Source: Squalus acanthias
Taxonomy: Eukaryota
Length of the DNA: 64,000 nt
NCBI GenBank assembly: GCA_030390025.1
Contig: CM059428.1
Location: 164,734,001-164,798,000, forward strand
Direction of reading: 5' to 3'
Under the pieces are notes generated by a model. The model was not told the origin of the DNA. It did no database searches and was given only the letters and a program-made list of their open reading frames with translations. This document shows, one piece after another, positions 1 to 14,050 of the stretch. Each line of letters begins with the position of its first letter. Within the stretch, counting starts at the first letter, position 1. A program made the position numbers and the translations under genes.

Positions 1-3000
1 GCCAAGTATACTGCATGGCACTGTATAGTGCCGTACAGACCATAAAGTTCTCTGGTTCAACCGTAAGTCTCTGCTGAGTTCACTCCTTTCAGCCAGGTTA
101 ATGGTAGTAACACCACATTTGACCTCAATATTCCTGGTAGAGAGAAAAAGAAAAAAGCCTGATGTCTGAGATCATGGTTCAAACATTTTATCTGCTACCT
201 CTCATTTCTTCCATTGTAAAGGAAGTATCATTTGGTTGATGCTTTCTGTGCAGATAGTACAAAGTTTAAGCAAATCTTGAACTATTTGTTCCATAGCGAA
301 ATAAAACTGTGTAAATCACCAAACATGTCAATGAACTGTTAGGCAAAGTAGAAAGGGATGTATTCGACTGTCCGAGCAGGACTCCCCAAAGAAGATTGAA
401 GCCTTGTGTTTTCATGAAGTGGCCACTTCATGAGCCAGCATGTGTAGGGTTTCTCTCAAAACTTTCTGTAAGGCAGTTACTTAAGAGTTTATATGCTTTC
501 ACCAAGAATTAGTGTCTTGACTGGTTAGCTAAAGATGATGTGTTGCATTGCTCCAAGTTGACCTGAACATGGTAGAGCCCCTCTGCCAATTTCTGTACTA
601 CTTTGGTACTATTATTTGTGTGTGAAGGTTGAATGAATGAGAACAATGTTGCAATGGGTATAGTTTTACTGATTCTTTGAAAGAAGTCCAAATTCCTAAT
701 ACAAATATGTCACTCCATTCTGTTTGACATGCAGCTATTTTAGATTGAGTTACAGTATTGTTACATTCAAAATCTCAATGCTGTCTGCCCCAGTCAAAAA
801 ACTAAAAAGCAGTGCACAATGGGAATCTTTTATACAGTAGTGAGGAAGATCAAAATTGCAGGGCTAAGATAGACATTTCTTGCCATTGCCATCCCAGTGC
901 AATGGCAGCAGTGAACGCGAACTTCTATCTAAGGAAATGAGGGAGACCAAACATTTAGTAAATGATGGAAAAAAATTTACTGAGACATTAAAATTAGAAT
1001 TCAGCCTTTAGTGTTCAAACAGAAGATGACAAAAATACAAACAGTAAATTTAATGTACTTAGAAATTGATCATTTCTAATTAATATGGTAAGCTGTGTCT
1101 CTTCAATGTGGTGCATTTTATTTAATCTCTTAAAGTGACCACTTTACTCGTGTAAATTATTTAAACTTGTTTGTCCCAGTTTTTTTATTCCTACTTGTCC
1201 CATCCCAAATCTATGAAGCATTTGTCAACTGCCCTCTTGCTTAAAACTGAAACTTCACCTTGGTATACTACTAGCCAATGAGAAGATTCTGTAGTAAATA
1301 TTCCTGACATTTAGCTGGCAGATTGCTGTTGTCATTGACACAACACGTTACAACCATTCCAGAGGACATTCTTCTATTAGCTGCTTTAGGTCAATACATC
1401 TTCATGCTGACCAACGTCATTTAAATTTATTCACTGTCTGACTTCAGTTAATTTGTTCTTGCTAAAACTACCTTTCTTGTGAGATATTTAAAAAGAAAGA
1501 AGTGCACTCATATGCTGCCTTTGCTGTAAATCTTAGGCAATTGTATTTTTTGAAGTTAATGTTTTTTTTTGCATAGTTGACATTTAGAATTTCAGATTCT
1601 AGCTTAATATAGAGCTGTGCTTCTCTCTCTCGTTTTCAACCTATACTAGAATATGCCCAAAATTCAGTGGACCCCAGCAAGAGCGTGCTAATCTCTAAGG
1701 GGAAGTAGCTTCTGACCAGTCCTGCATTTTTCTCTTGTCTCAGTGCTTTGTTACTGTACAGTGAGCAGAGTTGTCGGTTATTCCAATTTGTAACCATAAT
1801 CTTGTTTTCAGTGGGGTTTTTTAAACCTCAACCAGTAAAAGAAGTTTTAGTGACAGCATATTTCTCCACACAGTGGGATGTATTATTGCTTCCAATTTAA
1901 AATACCTTGGCTTAAAAATTGTAACATCCTTCTCAAATATGCTTACTGCCCATTTCAAGTTCTGTACATCCAGTCATAAACACTTGTAGAAGTTGTTAGG
2001 TATTTATCAGTTATTATCTTTAAACTTACCTTCATCTCTTCAGAAAGGCATATTGAGAAGCACTAAAGCACTGGAAAGTGATTCTTGAAGGCAGGGTGTC
2101 TGCTCAACAGATCTCTGTGCACTGTGATGGTCTGTACTTCAAATAGTTGTAGGACTAATTCCATACAGGAGCACCAGTCGGGACTGATTCTGTACCAATT
2201 CATGTGGCTGAGGAGAAAACATAAGGCTATTTTACAACCTGGCAATCATCTTCATTTCTTGTCCCAAGAACTCAGTAATGAGATATCTCAAGTGCTGGAT
2301 CATCTGTCTCAAAGTTCTCTACTACAAAAGTATCGATCTTGTCTTGGATTACTACTAAAGTTATATTGACCGATATCTTGTCCAGTCAAGTGTCTGCTAT
2401 CACAAGAAACCAAGAAGCTTTACTTGCCCAGTGCTGCAGTGGCTAGAACAAACTGATAGTCAGTTGTGGAAAGTCCTTTGATGAAGACCTCTTCCCCAAT
2501 TAAATCCATCATTGGATTGATTTTGTCAGCTATCAAGATCTTGGTCATTCATCCCATATGTCTTTGGTAATGCAACTAATGTAGACACCTACTTTAGTCT
2601 AGGCTCTGAAAGGGTCATTCTTGTTGACCTTGCCTGGTGTCCAGAGATTGTTTTCAATGTCACTATTAACCAGTGCTCCTATTGTGGTCACCGTTATTAT
2701 ATTCTAAGGTCTTGAGGCATTGTTTTTGGTACTTATCTTCAGAACCGTTCTCTTAATTACCTCAATATCTTTTTTTGAGACACACCAGTGCTTCTGTCAA
2801 TAAAGTTGCAAGTTGTGATTCAATCCTGAACCAGTTGGACAATGTTCTCTGAATTTTCCCTTGTATCTCCTTAGTGGCTTGTGACATTTAGTTAGGAAAA
2901 GTTGAGCATACTTACCACATCGCTGGCCAGAATAGAGAATGTCTTTTGAATTTGAAACCACTTTGTTTCATCTATTATAGGATGCTCAGTGATAATTCAT

Positions 3001-3311
3001 GGGAAGTCCCTGTCCATTTTATGGTGAATTGTGCATCTCTTTGCTTCTTGTGAGGAATTCTTGGTATCTGTTGTTTGCCTAGTAAGAGCTCAAATCCATA
3101 CTTTCAGTTGTCAAACTAGTAATTGTTCTTGGGAAGTGGAAGTAAGTGTGGGCTCTTTGGTCTTCAGTTGGCTCCAAGATGATTTGCATTGAATGGAGTC
3201 AAACTCTGGCAGATTTAGCAATCAGATATCTGAACCACGCAAAGGATCAGCCAGAATGGCTCATTAATGGGACTTGACAAGATAGGCCTATTACTGGGTG
3301 TTGAAATTCTT

Positions 3312-4270
3312 TACTCAGTTGGTTGCACTTTCACCTCTGAGTCAGAAGGTTGTAGCTTCAAGCACCACCCCATGACTGGAACATATAATCTAGGCTGACA
3401 CTTCAGTGCATTACTGAGGGTGTGCTGCATTGCTAACTTCCAGATGAGATATTAAACCAAGGCCATCTGCCTGTTCAAGTTTCTTTTTAATTCACTCTCG
3501 AGATGTGGCCGTCGCTGGCAAGGCATACGCTTATTGTCTATCCTAATTGCTCTTAAGTTGGTGGTGGGCCTTCTTGAACCACTGCAGTCCATATGGTGAC
3601 AGTGCTCCCACAATACTGTTGGATAGGAAGTTCCAGGATTTTTGATCCAGTGATGAAGGAGCAGCGATACATGTTCAAGTCAGGATGATGTATTACTTGG
3701 AGATGATGGTGTTCCCATGCACCTACTGTCCTTCTAGGTGGTGGAAGTCGCAAGTTTGGGAGGTGCTGCGGAAGAAGCTGTGGCTACTTGATGCTGTGCT
3801 TCCTGTAGTACATTCTGCAGCCACGGTATGCCGGTGGTGGAGACGGTGGATGTTTACGCTAGTGGATGAAGTTCCAATTAAACAAACTGCTTTTTCCTGG
3901 ATGGTGTCAAACTTCTTGAGTGTCGTCGCAGCTGCACTCATCCAGGAAAATGGAGAATATTCCATCACACTCTTCTTTAGTGCATTATTGGTGGTGAAGA
4001 AGCTTTGGGCAGAGAAGACCCAGTGGCACTTTTTGAAGAAGGGCAGGGAATTCCCACTATGACCTGGCCAATATCCTGCTCATAACTAATACCACCAAAA
4101 AAACACATCAATGGTTATTCATCTTATTTACTGTTTCTGGGACCTTGTGTACAAAGTGGCTACTATGCTTGTCCATATAACAATGGTGAATATACTTCTA
4201 AAGTAATTAATGAGGCATGAAGCAATTAGGGATGTCCTGAGGATGTAATGAGGCATTATATAAATGCAGT
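3312..4270 (+). mobile_element. Degenerate Deu-domain SINE split by a LINE fragment
   Basis: Head 3312-3480 and body/tail ~4020-4270 match the intact copy at 25269-25727. Confidence 0.75.
3481..4015 (-). mobile_element. 3' fragment of an L2/CR1-group LINE (RT C-terminus plus 3' UTR)
   Basis: ORF 3723..3968 MEYSPFSWMSAAATTLKKFDTIQEKAVCLIG resembles the non-LTR RT thumb region; 3' end is shared with the SINEs at 32876 and 56010. Confidence 0.7.
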
Positions 4271-4271
4271 T

Positions 4272-4790
4272 TGAGTACAAGACTGAGGCTGCCATGCTGA
4301 AGCATTATAATCTCATTAGGTTGCATCCGAGAGCTGCAGTCAGTTGAAGCACAAGGGAAGGATGCAAGCTCTGGAAGCAGTGCAGAGAAAGTCTACAAGG
4401 TTGATCCCTAATGTCAGAGAACTGAGTTATGAGGGAAAGATTAGAAAAACTTAGACTCTTCAGCCTTGCAAGTGAGACTGGGCTTCATAGAGGTATAAAA
4501 GATACTAAGTGGAATAGAGAGGTTAATCCAGAGCAATGTTAAAAGTTACTGATTGAAAGACAATGGGATATTAGGTACAAACTAGTAAAAACCCACTTCA
4601 GGATGATGTCAGGAAGCACTTCACATAGTGTGATATCTTAATAAAGGTTGATTTAATAATGGTTTTCCAGGTAGAATACTTGAGGCAAAAACTCAAATCA
4701 TTCAAGAGGGAGTTGGATGCTATGATAGTGAGACCATAAATTTCTATAGAAGGATAAGTTGAATGGCCTCCGTCATCTGTACTTGGTGAT
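4272..4790 (+). mobile_element. Old CR1 LINE 3' fragment
   Basis: Degenerate LEAVQRKSTRLIP...SYEGRLEKLRLFSL-type coding sequence. Confidence 0.7.
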
Positions 4791-6933
4791 ATTGGAGCTC
4801 TTTTTAAAAAAAAAACACAAGTAAATTTTAAAAGCCATCACACATCACAGGAATGGGCTCTAGGGTGGTCAGCTTCTAGTGCAGTCATTTGTGCTCGATG
4901 AAAGTCAATTTGTTTTACAGCCAAATGGACTCTTACGTACGAAAAAAACAATGAAATGAACATGGCAGCAGGAAATAATTCTTACCCCATTCACGTCATA
5001 CCAACCAACCAACCCTTCACTGACTAGGAGTTACTTGCTCTTCTATCTTTGATGCATTTACCCCGGTAATGGAGAACAATCAAATGCTTAGTGAAGCATC
5101 TTGGATCTCAGATTTTGACACTTGGACAACTAAGACTGTCGATGAAGATCTCGCATCTTGGTGAACATTCTGTCCGATTCCAGAAAGTTGGTTATGCTAC
5201 AGTATTTTGCCAGGGATGGCCGGTTTCAGATTAGCTCTCATCTGGCCCAAAGTTTCGACTTAGTTACTTTCCAAATATTTATGTACCCAAGATGACTGTG
5301 GAGGAAAGTAGAACTACAGAATGTCAGTCTCATGGCCTGAAAATAACCTGTACAATCAACAGTATCTGCTATTACTTTTCATCATTTTTTTTGAAGAGGA
5401 GATGGGAAATTACTTTGCATAGAAAGTAACACTTTGAGTTTCTTATTTGTGCTGCGGTACCAGTTTTGACCGTTTGATTCAATGACCTTCATGCTCTTCT
5501 AGTAGTGCCATCAAATTTTGTTTTGTAGTTAGAGCAATCCTTGGAGCCCATCCAAGATTATTAACTTTAAAATTGTAATCTGTACCATCGTTTCAAAGAG
5601 ATAATGTGGCAAAGATATTTTCTACCACTGCATCCTTTAAAGATTGAATGCAGATTTCACTTGGAGGTATTTTTAGATCTCTACATACCATATTGATGGG
5701 ATGGAGCATCTGCATAGCTATGCAGTAATTTTTTTTTTGATTCTTCAGTCCCTTTTTTCCCTTTCAAACAGCAATATACTTTGCGTGACATGTGGGAATA
5801 TTATGAACTGCTTGGCTAGAAACTATCATAAGTAAAAGCCCATTCATATTATCAACTGCATTAATTCATCATCATCAACTGCACAAACGGACGCCCTTAA
5901 TGCAATATAGCCTCCAAAAGTATATTCCACCCAAGCATTGTTGCTTCTGGACCAAGGTTAGACTCCTAGGTTAGGGAAAGAAAAATTTGGTCAGGGACCC
6001 TGCCCCGATTGCTATCCAGTGACCCTGCTTGAAGTTCAGGACAGATCGGGCGTGGTTGTGGTGCTTGCCAAGAGTAAAACGGTCTGCTAATACTTGGCGT
6101 CTGAACTTGCGTCTGAAAGTGAAGAATGTGCATTTGTGCAAGGTCCTGGAGAGCGACTGAAACCCGTGGAACTATTTCTCCTCTTTCCCCGCCCCCTCCC
6201 AGACAGGAATAAATGACTGCAGGCTTACTATTTACTGAAAAGATAGGTGGATGGAGGCAGCAGTCTTATTTTTAAGTTTTATTAGTAGCACAGCCTTGTG
6301 GAGCAATTCTTACATTTTTTTTAAACTTTAAGCCTTGAGGCAGGCCTTAAGTTAAATATTTTTTTTATAAAATCTATTTATTTGGTAGTGCCATGGATAT
6401 TAATCCTTTTTCCTTGAGTATAGTTCCCAATTCCTCTTCACTCCACTATTTTATCTCTGATTTGAAGTGCTTTGCATGTTGATATTTAATTTGCAAGCAT
6501 GGCCCATCAAAAAGAACTAAAAACTGGTCTAAGTGTCGCATCTAATGAGCAGCATGTGTTTGGGAGAAAATCACATCGTTTTGCCAGCTGACAGCATATA
6601 AAGCTTTTAAAGGACACTGTTCTTGTGATTACCATCGTCTCTATTGAAGATGGATCTATCCTAATGTATTTAAAGCATAAACTGTGTTTAAGGAATAAGG
6701 AAGGCAACACTGAAGGTAGATAATCCAGCTTTGTTTTTAAGTTATTGACAAAATGTTTACTTGGTAAATTTATTTTTAATATTACATAATCACCAGTAAT
6801 TGTCATTTAAATTTATTGCAAAGTAAGTCGAGGCAGACAAAGCAAACACTCAATATGCCGTCATTAGTCTTGAGAAATATTGTGGGTGCATTGTATTCAA
6901 AACAGGACTTTTCTGAAGTGTTTCTTTCAATAG

Positions 6934-7050
6934 GGTCGTGGTGCTGGCTTTCCTGGAAAGAAGAGGCCACGTGGTGCAGGACATCCTGGTCGGGGAGTTA
7001 GAGGCAGGTCTAAACTTAAAAATGGCATTGGCGCTGTTATACCGCCAGGA
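6934..7050 (+). CDS. KMT2C: KMT2C exon (human ex16 equivalent), 117 nt
   Basis: ttcaatag|GGT...GGA|gtaagt; GRGAGFPGKRRPRGAGHPGRGVRGRSKLKNGIGAVIPPG. Confidence 0.95.
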
Positions 7051-8269
7051 GTAAGTGTACATCTTGTTTCTATTTCTGAATATAAAGATGGATTTTATTT
7101 ATCTAAGGGAAATTAGTCTACCAACTAGTCTGTTTTCTTACTGCTGATAATCGTGTTCTGGTGTAACTAGTTATTTGCCACATCGATCCTGGCCATGTTG
7201 CTCTGTTTGAAATGCATTTTATTTGCTCTGTCAACTCTGTGTTCTGCTACACTCTGCTTTGTTGTTGTTATTTTATGTCCAGGTCCCTTTTGCTTGTTTT
7301 GTAATATCACTTGACTCCACTCTGCTGGAACATTTTCGGACTCTCTGCATTCTTAAAATGATACTTTCCCGACGCGTAGTTGGGAGAAAGGGAAGCCTGT
7401 CTTTTTTTTTGAAAATGGGTGCTTTACAGATGGATATTAATTTCATCCGTTAAATACCTTTTAATTTACTCCTCGCCAATTGAGTTTAGTGACCCGAACT
7501 TTTCATTGATATTACTGGAAGGAAGTGAGGGTGATCACAGTACAAATAATTAAGGAGAAAGTCCCCCCGTTCTCTCTCTCTCTTCCCCCCCCCCCCCCCC
7601 CCCCCCCCCCATTTTTACCTGCTTTAGCAACGCAATTTACTTGAAAGAATTCTTTTGGTGGTTTTCTGTATCTTTTGGTTGATTTTAGAAATATCGTTTG
7701 AAGGAGTTTTAAGAAGGAGTTTAACTAGAGAATTGAATTGTTGTGATAAAAATCATGGAAGCGTTTTGAAGTAATGAATTTCTGTATTGAGTGCAATTGG
7801 ATCCCCTTGCATCATGAGATAGCAGAATTATCCCTAGTAGATGCACTATTCCAAGATGTTTACTTCTCCAGGACAAGTGTAACACCATTAGGTCCCAGTT
7901 GAAACAAAAAATATTGAAACCAGAAAGGATGGGTTAAAAATACCTTCTTAAACTTCAGTATTTATCTGATGTTTCATGTTTTAAAAAGTATCCCCTTGTT
8001 GATCTTCCATATTATACATGAACCTTGGCTGGGAGATGGGCATGGAAGCTGCTCCTGAGTGTCAGCCTGCTCTTGAGCTGGTTTTCAGCTTACTAGATTC
8101 TCACTAAGGCAGCACGTTCTGATTTTGACGAATGCTGTTTAGATCAGGATTGGTAGGTACTGGTGTGAATGCCAAAATCTTGCGCAGAGAAGCCTGATAG
8201 AATCACGTTCAGAAATGGATAGTGAAATAATGGGAGAAATTGTAACTGACGACTCTGGTTAAACTGCAT

Positions 8270-8600
8270 GGAGTGAGTGGTGTGGATCATACAGTCAAAT
8301 AAGGGTTCAGCTTCGGTTCCTTGTCTGTGTTGAGTTAACTGTTCTCAACTACTATGATACTGGGTGGGGTGGGGGGCTGGCTACAGGTGGGTGTACAGTG
8401 TCCTTGGGCTAGGTTATTGCTCTTAATTGTTGCCCAGCAGCCTCTACTGGAAGTGCATGCATGTGTGGATACCAGGCGAGGGCAGCTTTGGGCTAGGCTG
8501 CAATTGCCCCATGTTTAAATAAGCTGCTGATACTCACCATTAAGAAAAGTCATTTGAATGAGGTGCTGAGGGTTTATGGGGAAAGCACTGAATCATGACA
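8270..8600 (+). mobile_element. Ancient tRNA-head SINE, AmnSINE2-like (other copies ~1-150, 5960-6170, 12230-12400(-), 18885-19210(-), 28730-29025, 49105-49215, 51040-51280)
   Basis: Recurrent motif (gg)tctgtgctgagttagctgatctcagc and downstream blocks shared among copies; family name from recalled consensus. Confidence 0.5.
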
Positions 8601-9127
8601 TGTATGAGTTGAGTTAAAAAATTTAGTGATGGGGTATATTGAGCCGTACGGACCAGGAGTGTTCCAGCGTGACATTGGAGCTTCACCAGTTTCCTCACTA
8701 GATTGAGGCCATGATGCAGCAGAATGTTGGTTTGCCATCTGACAATGATTTCCTTAAGAGAGTCAGTGGCCCCGATGATTGCTCTCGCATGGGATTATGG
8801 CATTCCTATTAGTATATGAATATTCAACCTGTTTAAAGAATTAATACAATGGTAAGTAATCTACCACTACTGTTTATAAAAAAAAAAATGCAAAGCCTGA
8901 GGGTAGGCCCAAGAACCAAAATGGAGCAACTCAACACTTGGAGTGGTGTGGATCCTATAGTCCAGTAAGGGTCCAGCTTCGATTCCTCGTCTTGGAAAGG
9001 TCACTGCCAGCTCAGTACTTTTCCCTTTGAGTGATGCGTTTTAAAGAAGGGTGTGAATTAAAGAAAGGGTGAGAGTTTATTTAATCAGAAAAGATGGCTA
9101 ATAGAAATTGTGCACTTTCCATTCTAG

Positions 9128-9229
9128 GCTGGTGCCATGGAAATGATCGTTAATAAGGATGAGGATGAAAACTCAATGCACAACACCGTTGTTTTGTTCT
9201 CTACAAGTGACAAATTTACTTTAAAACAG
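9128..9229 (+). CDS. KMT2C: KMT2C exon (ex17), 102 nt
   Basis: attctag|GCT...CAG|gtaaga; AGAMEMIVNKDEDENSMHNTVVLFSTSDKFTLKQ. Confidence 0.95.
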
Positions 9230-10011
9230 GTAAGAAATATTCTCAGTTAAACAGGAAAACATTGGCGTAGCAGAAACCTATGATAGACTACAGCATAGTC
9301 CCTGAAAGCTCAGCAGTGTGAAAAACAATCTATAGTCTGGTAGGTAAAGGATTGACGCACTCTTTAGTTTGCAACTTTGCTTTAATTTTTTGTTCTCTCA
9401 TTGATTTCTAAACAATATGACCAACGTTTATGATTTTAATAGAAGATTACAGAGTGCAATCCCCAATACATCAGTAAAAATCTCAAAACTTCTATGCAGC
9501 AAAAAATGGAATGTAACTTATTCAGTAACCGTAAACCTATGGTCTGAATTGTAAGAGGGTGGAATTAAAGACTGGGATATCCAAACACTGAGATCCAAAA
9601 ATACCAGAAGCCCATGTGATAAAAATTGTGCTTGACTTAACTCAGTAATCTTGGCAACAGTAATTTCTTTGCAGCATATAACAACTTACAGTTGTAAAGC
9701 ACCCTTAATGGAAAATAAAAATCTGAATTCATACTAAAGGTAGATAAAGGAATGGATGCTGAGCTGAGAGGGTATTAGGAGGGGCGACTGAAATGTTGGT
9801 CAAAAAGGCTGTTTTTGAGAAATTTGTAAAACTGTGGCGAGACTGAGCGGGTGTGGAGGTTATTGGTCCCTCCATAGCATAGTAACTGCTTTTTAATCCC
9901 CTGCATCTAATTAACATTGTTAACTGAAAGTACAGGTTTGATCTGATGCTTTCCTCTCCATAAGCAAGACTAGTTGGGCATTGTTTGACCTGTTGATTAA
10001 TTTAATTTCAG

Positions 10012-10116
10012 GATATGTGTGTTGTTTGTGGGAGCTTTGGGAAAGGTTCAGAGGGACGGCTGCTTGTTTGCTCTCAGTGTGGCCAGTGTTATCATCCCTA
10101 CTGTGTCAGTATTAAG
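10012..10116 (+). CDS. KMT2C: KMT2C exon (ex18), PHD finger, 105 nt
   Basis: tttcag|GAT...AAG|gtaaga; DMCVVCGSFGKGSEGRLLVCSQCGQCYHPYCVSIK. Confidence 0.97.
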
Positions 10117-10495
10117 GTAAGAGATGTTTCTGCTTGCCTTGATGAAGCTTAGATTACAAAATTTCCCCATGAGTATGTGTTGCTTACGTTAGGTGAGTGT
10201 TGATTCCAATTGATGTTGCAGAATGGTATGTTCTAAAATAAGGAATCTGGAAAAATTCTGAAATTTGCTCTTGTAAAATTACAGCTAAGATCAGTCTGAA
10301 TTAAATAATCAGCAGTATGTTAAACCTCTAGTGAAAAACTGAGAATGTGATTGCTCTTGTTTAAAACATGTTCATTGACCCAATTTCTCTCTCTTTCCCA
10401 CCCAAAAAATATTTGAATTTGCTTAAAAGTTGTGATTAGAAGTAAGACAGTGAGTTTGAGCATAAACATTCTTTAGAAAATGTTTCCATTTTCAT

Positions 10496-10972
10496 ATAGA
10501 AATCATAGAAACTTTCAGCACAGAAGGCGGCCATTCGGCCCGTCGTGCCTGTGCCGGATCTTTGAAAGAGCAGTCGTGCTCAGTCCCACATCCCTGCTTT
10601 TTGTCCGTAACCCTGTAAGTTCCTCATCCTTGAGTACCCGTCCAACTCCCTTTTAAAATTATTTATGGAATCCTCTTCCACCGCCTTTTCCGGTAGAGTG
10701 TTCCAGATCCCGACAACTCTGAGTAAAAGACTTTCTCATCATCTTCCCTCTAGATCTTTTGCCAATGATTGTGAATCTATGGCCTCTGGTTATTGACCCA
10801 CTCACCAGAGGGAATAGCTTTTCTCTCTCTACTATCAAAACCCCTCATCATCTTGAAAACTTCTATTAGGTCACCTCTTAACCTTCTCTGTTCCAAGGAG
10901 AGCAGTCCTAACTTTTCCAACCTCTCTTCATAACTGAAGTCCCTCATCCCTGGTAACATCCTGGTAAACCTC
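10496..10972 (-). mobile_element. CR1 LINE 3' fragment
   Basis: ORF 10777..10959 MLPGMRDFSYEERLEKLGLLSLEQRRLRGDLIEVFK; (ttctatga)-type tail. Confidence 0.9.
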
Positions 10973-12821
10973 CTTTCTAATGAATTAAAACAAAAAATTG
11001 CTATTGATTTTGAACAAATGTATCTTTTTCAAAAATTCAGAATGGAAATTTAAAAAACTGAGTATCTTCGAACTGCTGAGGTGGGACTGAAACGAGCACA
11101 ATTTTAGTGCATGGTCAACATTTGATATTTGCTGCTTGCCCCAGTAGCCTGACACCTGAGTACTAGATAGAGAGAAAATGAAATCCGTTCTGTTACCTGC
11201 ATCTGAAATAATTACGAATCATCACCTGAGGAGAAATGATTAGAACCAGTCTTGTCCATAAAAGATGCGTATCCATTGCATGCTGCATGTAATTTTCTTC
11301 AGCACTGGATACAGATCAGTTCACATTCTTCCCCACTTATTCAGCCGATACATGCAATACTAATTGCTGTAGTCCCATGGTTGTATGTTATCTCTTTAAG
11401 AAATTAATTAATTAAGCAGTTCAATGTTATTCCTGGAAGAAGGGAAAATTGGATACATATTTGAAGCAGCGAAAGATACAGGGCTATGGGGAGAGAGAGG
11501 AGGGCAGTGGTATTTGCTTTGGATTGCTCTATCAAAGAGCCAGCACAGACACAATAGGCTGAATGGCCTCCTTCTGTGCAGTAAATGTCAATAGTTCTGT
11601 AGGTCGCCACTTCACTTTCATTTCTGTCCATTTACGTACTGACTTAGCAATTCATGAATACAATCCAGCTTCAGAACAATTTTCTCTTCAGAAGTCTGAT
11701 TATTCTTGAGCTGGCATATCATGTCAGGAACTACGCATGCTCATAAATTGGTCAACAACACTCAATCCAGCCTGTAGAAGACATGATCACTAGGCGTAGA
11801 GATTGCTGGATAACATTCTACTTTTCCAAAGCACCCCTGATTAATGACCTGGGGTAACTTATCAGTAACTTAGAATAGTACTCCAAGGTGCTTGCTGTGC
11901 GAGTGTCTTCATTGGACCCCCTATAGTACTGCTCTGATGGCACCTTGCGGAAAGGTCTTTTCTTGTATATATTCTCAGTGCAGAAGCAAGTACTACAACA
12001 TAATGGACAAATATGTGTGCCCGCATAAATGGTTTTATCAACTCTGAACCTTTTATAGTTTTATTTTTAACCAAACTGCATCAGTAGCTTCTCTGCTATT
12101 GCTGAAGTGCATTTAAAGCACATTTATACTTAACTTTTTATAATATATTCAATTATTGTTAAATAATTGAATATACGGATGTTCATTTTTCCCCACTTTT
12201 TTTTCTCAATTTTCTTTTATTTTTTTCTTCCTTTTCTGAAGGTGATGACTTATGCTAAGGTACATTTCCACAGGCTCTGACAACTCTGAGGATGCTGAGT
12301 CCAATTCTACTGCCCTGGTTAAGATCAACTGACTCCGTATAAATCAGGGATTGAACCTGGATTACTTAGTGCCACACACCATGCAGTGTATTGGCCCACT
12401 GAAACATTGCAGCACATTAATGAATGTATTCCAAACAGAGTATATTCAGCATGGCAGTATTTCTGCATATTATATTCTCACATTTCTAGTACTTTTTTTT
12501 CTCCCTATTTATTTAATTAACATGTTTGAAATTTTCTCTGGCGGTGCTCTTTGCACAGGCGATTTTTGTAAACGTAGCTTACTTCTCCTGATTCCCATCA
12601 AATAGGTCAGCCAATTGTCAGCTCTAATTGCTAGTAGGTGGAAACATTTTTAAATTGGTGCTTGTGTGTGGGTAGTCAGCTAATGAATGATTGCAATGCA
12701 ACAGGGTCTACTCTGTTCTACTGGGTACTACTTCATACTATCCGATAAGAGGCTTAGGGTGCTGACTGCACATAAAATTGATGTGGAGGATGGGCATTGA
12801 GACTATTTTTCTCCTGGACAG

Positions 12822-13003
12822 ATCACTAAAGTGGTGCTGAGTAAAGGCTGGCGATGTCTGGAATGCACAGTGTGTGAATCCTGTGGGAAAGCCTCTGATC
12901 CAGGTCGTTTGCTTCTCTGTGACGATTGTGACATCAGCTATCACACCTATTGCCTGGATCCACCTTTACAGACCGTTCCGAAAGGTGGCTGGAAATGCCG
13001 ATG
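12822..13003 (+). CDS. KMT2C: KMT2C exon (ex19), PHD finger, 182 nt
   Basis: ggacag|ATC...TG|gtaagt; [60 protein letters not shown]. Confidence 0.97.
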
Positions 13004-13539
13004 GTAAGTTCATTGGCAAAGATTTTTATACTTGTAACAGTGCAGTCGAGAGCAATGCATATAGAAGAAATAACAAAAAACAGGCAAATAAGAGCTTATT
13101 TGGAAAATATCCTGTATATTCCTGCTGAGACATTTCTAACAGCAATATGATTGAATAAAATAATATTAGTAAAGAGAAGATAGGCAAAAACACGAGTTGC
13201 AGCACTCCTAAATTTGCAGCACTTGGGGCATTACTAGTTTTTTTTTTTAGTGAGCCCTCTTGTAAAGAAGCCTATTAATCTGGTGTGTGTGTGTGTGTGT
13301 GTGTATATATGACTCTGCTCTCTCCATATAGTAGCCCACCTACAATTTGAAGTGAGCAACCCATTTTATGAAACTTGTCACAGATATTAGTTAACGCAAA
13401 GTTATTTTACATCATTTCAATATTGCAATTGAAGAAAACTATAAATATAATTTATTTTACACATTTTCAGCAGATAGCCTGACACAACACAAGGAAAAAA
13501 ATAAGTAGCAAGTTTAATGAAGGTATTGCAGTGCACACT

Positions 13540-14050
13540 GGGGATTATATTCTGGCATAGAGGGTGCAGCTGAAGTAATTTTAGTGAAGTCTGATTGATT
13601 TGATGTTGGAGAACAGAGGAAGATATGGAGCTGGCTCTTTGACACTGAATGTTGGAACAGCTACACTTGGTGCCTTTGACAGGAGAGACATAGCTACTTG
13701 TGGATGTGCAAACTGGAGGCACAGGCATGTTTCTACAGTGAGGGGCAAAATCTGATGTGGGGCTTCATTTTGTGCTTGGCATCGACCAAATCTTTCCACT
13801 TCTGGGCCATGAGATTGTGTGCCAGAACTGGACCCATTTTGGTGAAGCCAAATTGATGACCAGATGGCAGGTTACTGGCTTTAAGATATTGTTGTTTCGC
13901 ATTCATATGGTTTCTATACATTTTGACATGATTGGCAATAAGGATAGCGGTAAGTAGTTATGCGGGTCTAACTTGATCATCTTGTGCTTTCCAACTGGAA
14001 GGGGCTGACCCAGTTGCCAGACAGTTGAAATGGATGAGCCATGGAAATAG
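13540..14050 (-). mobile_element. Highly degenerate non-LTR RT fragment
   Basis: ORF 13733..13921 contains YLKASNLPSGHQFGF...AQKWKDLVD, resembling the LINE RT QFGF region. Confidence 0.4.

Noticed and set aside
1980-3250. Possible very old minus-strand LINE remnant
   Set aside because: The composition is suggestive, but I could not read a diagnostic motif. It needs a translated HMM search.
7586-7610. Poly-C tracts (also 14463-14493 and 47101-47116) as functional G-quadruplex elements
   Set aside because: Simple homopolymers of uncertain assembled length with no supporting context.
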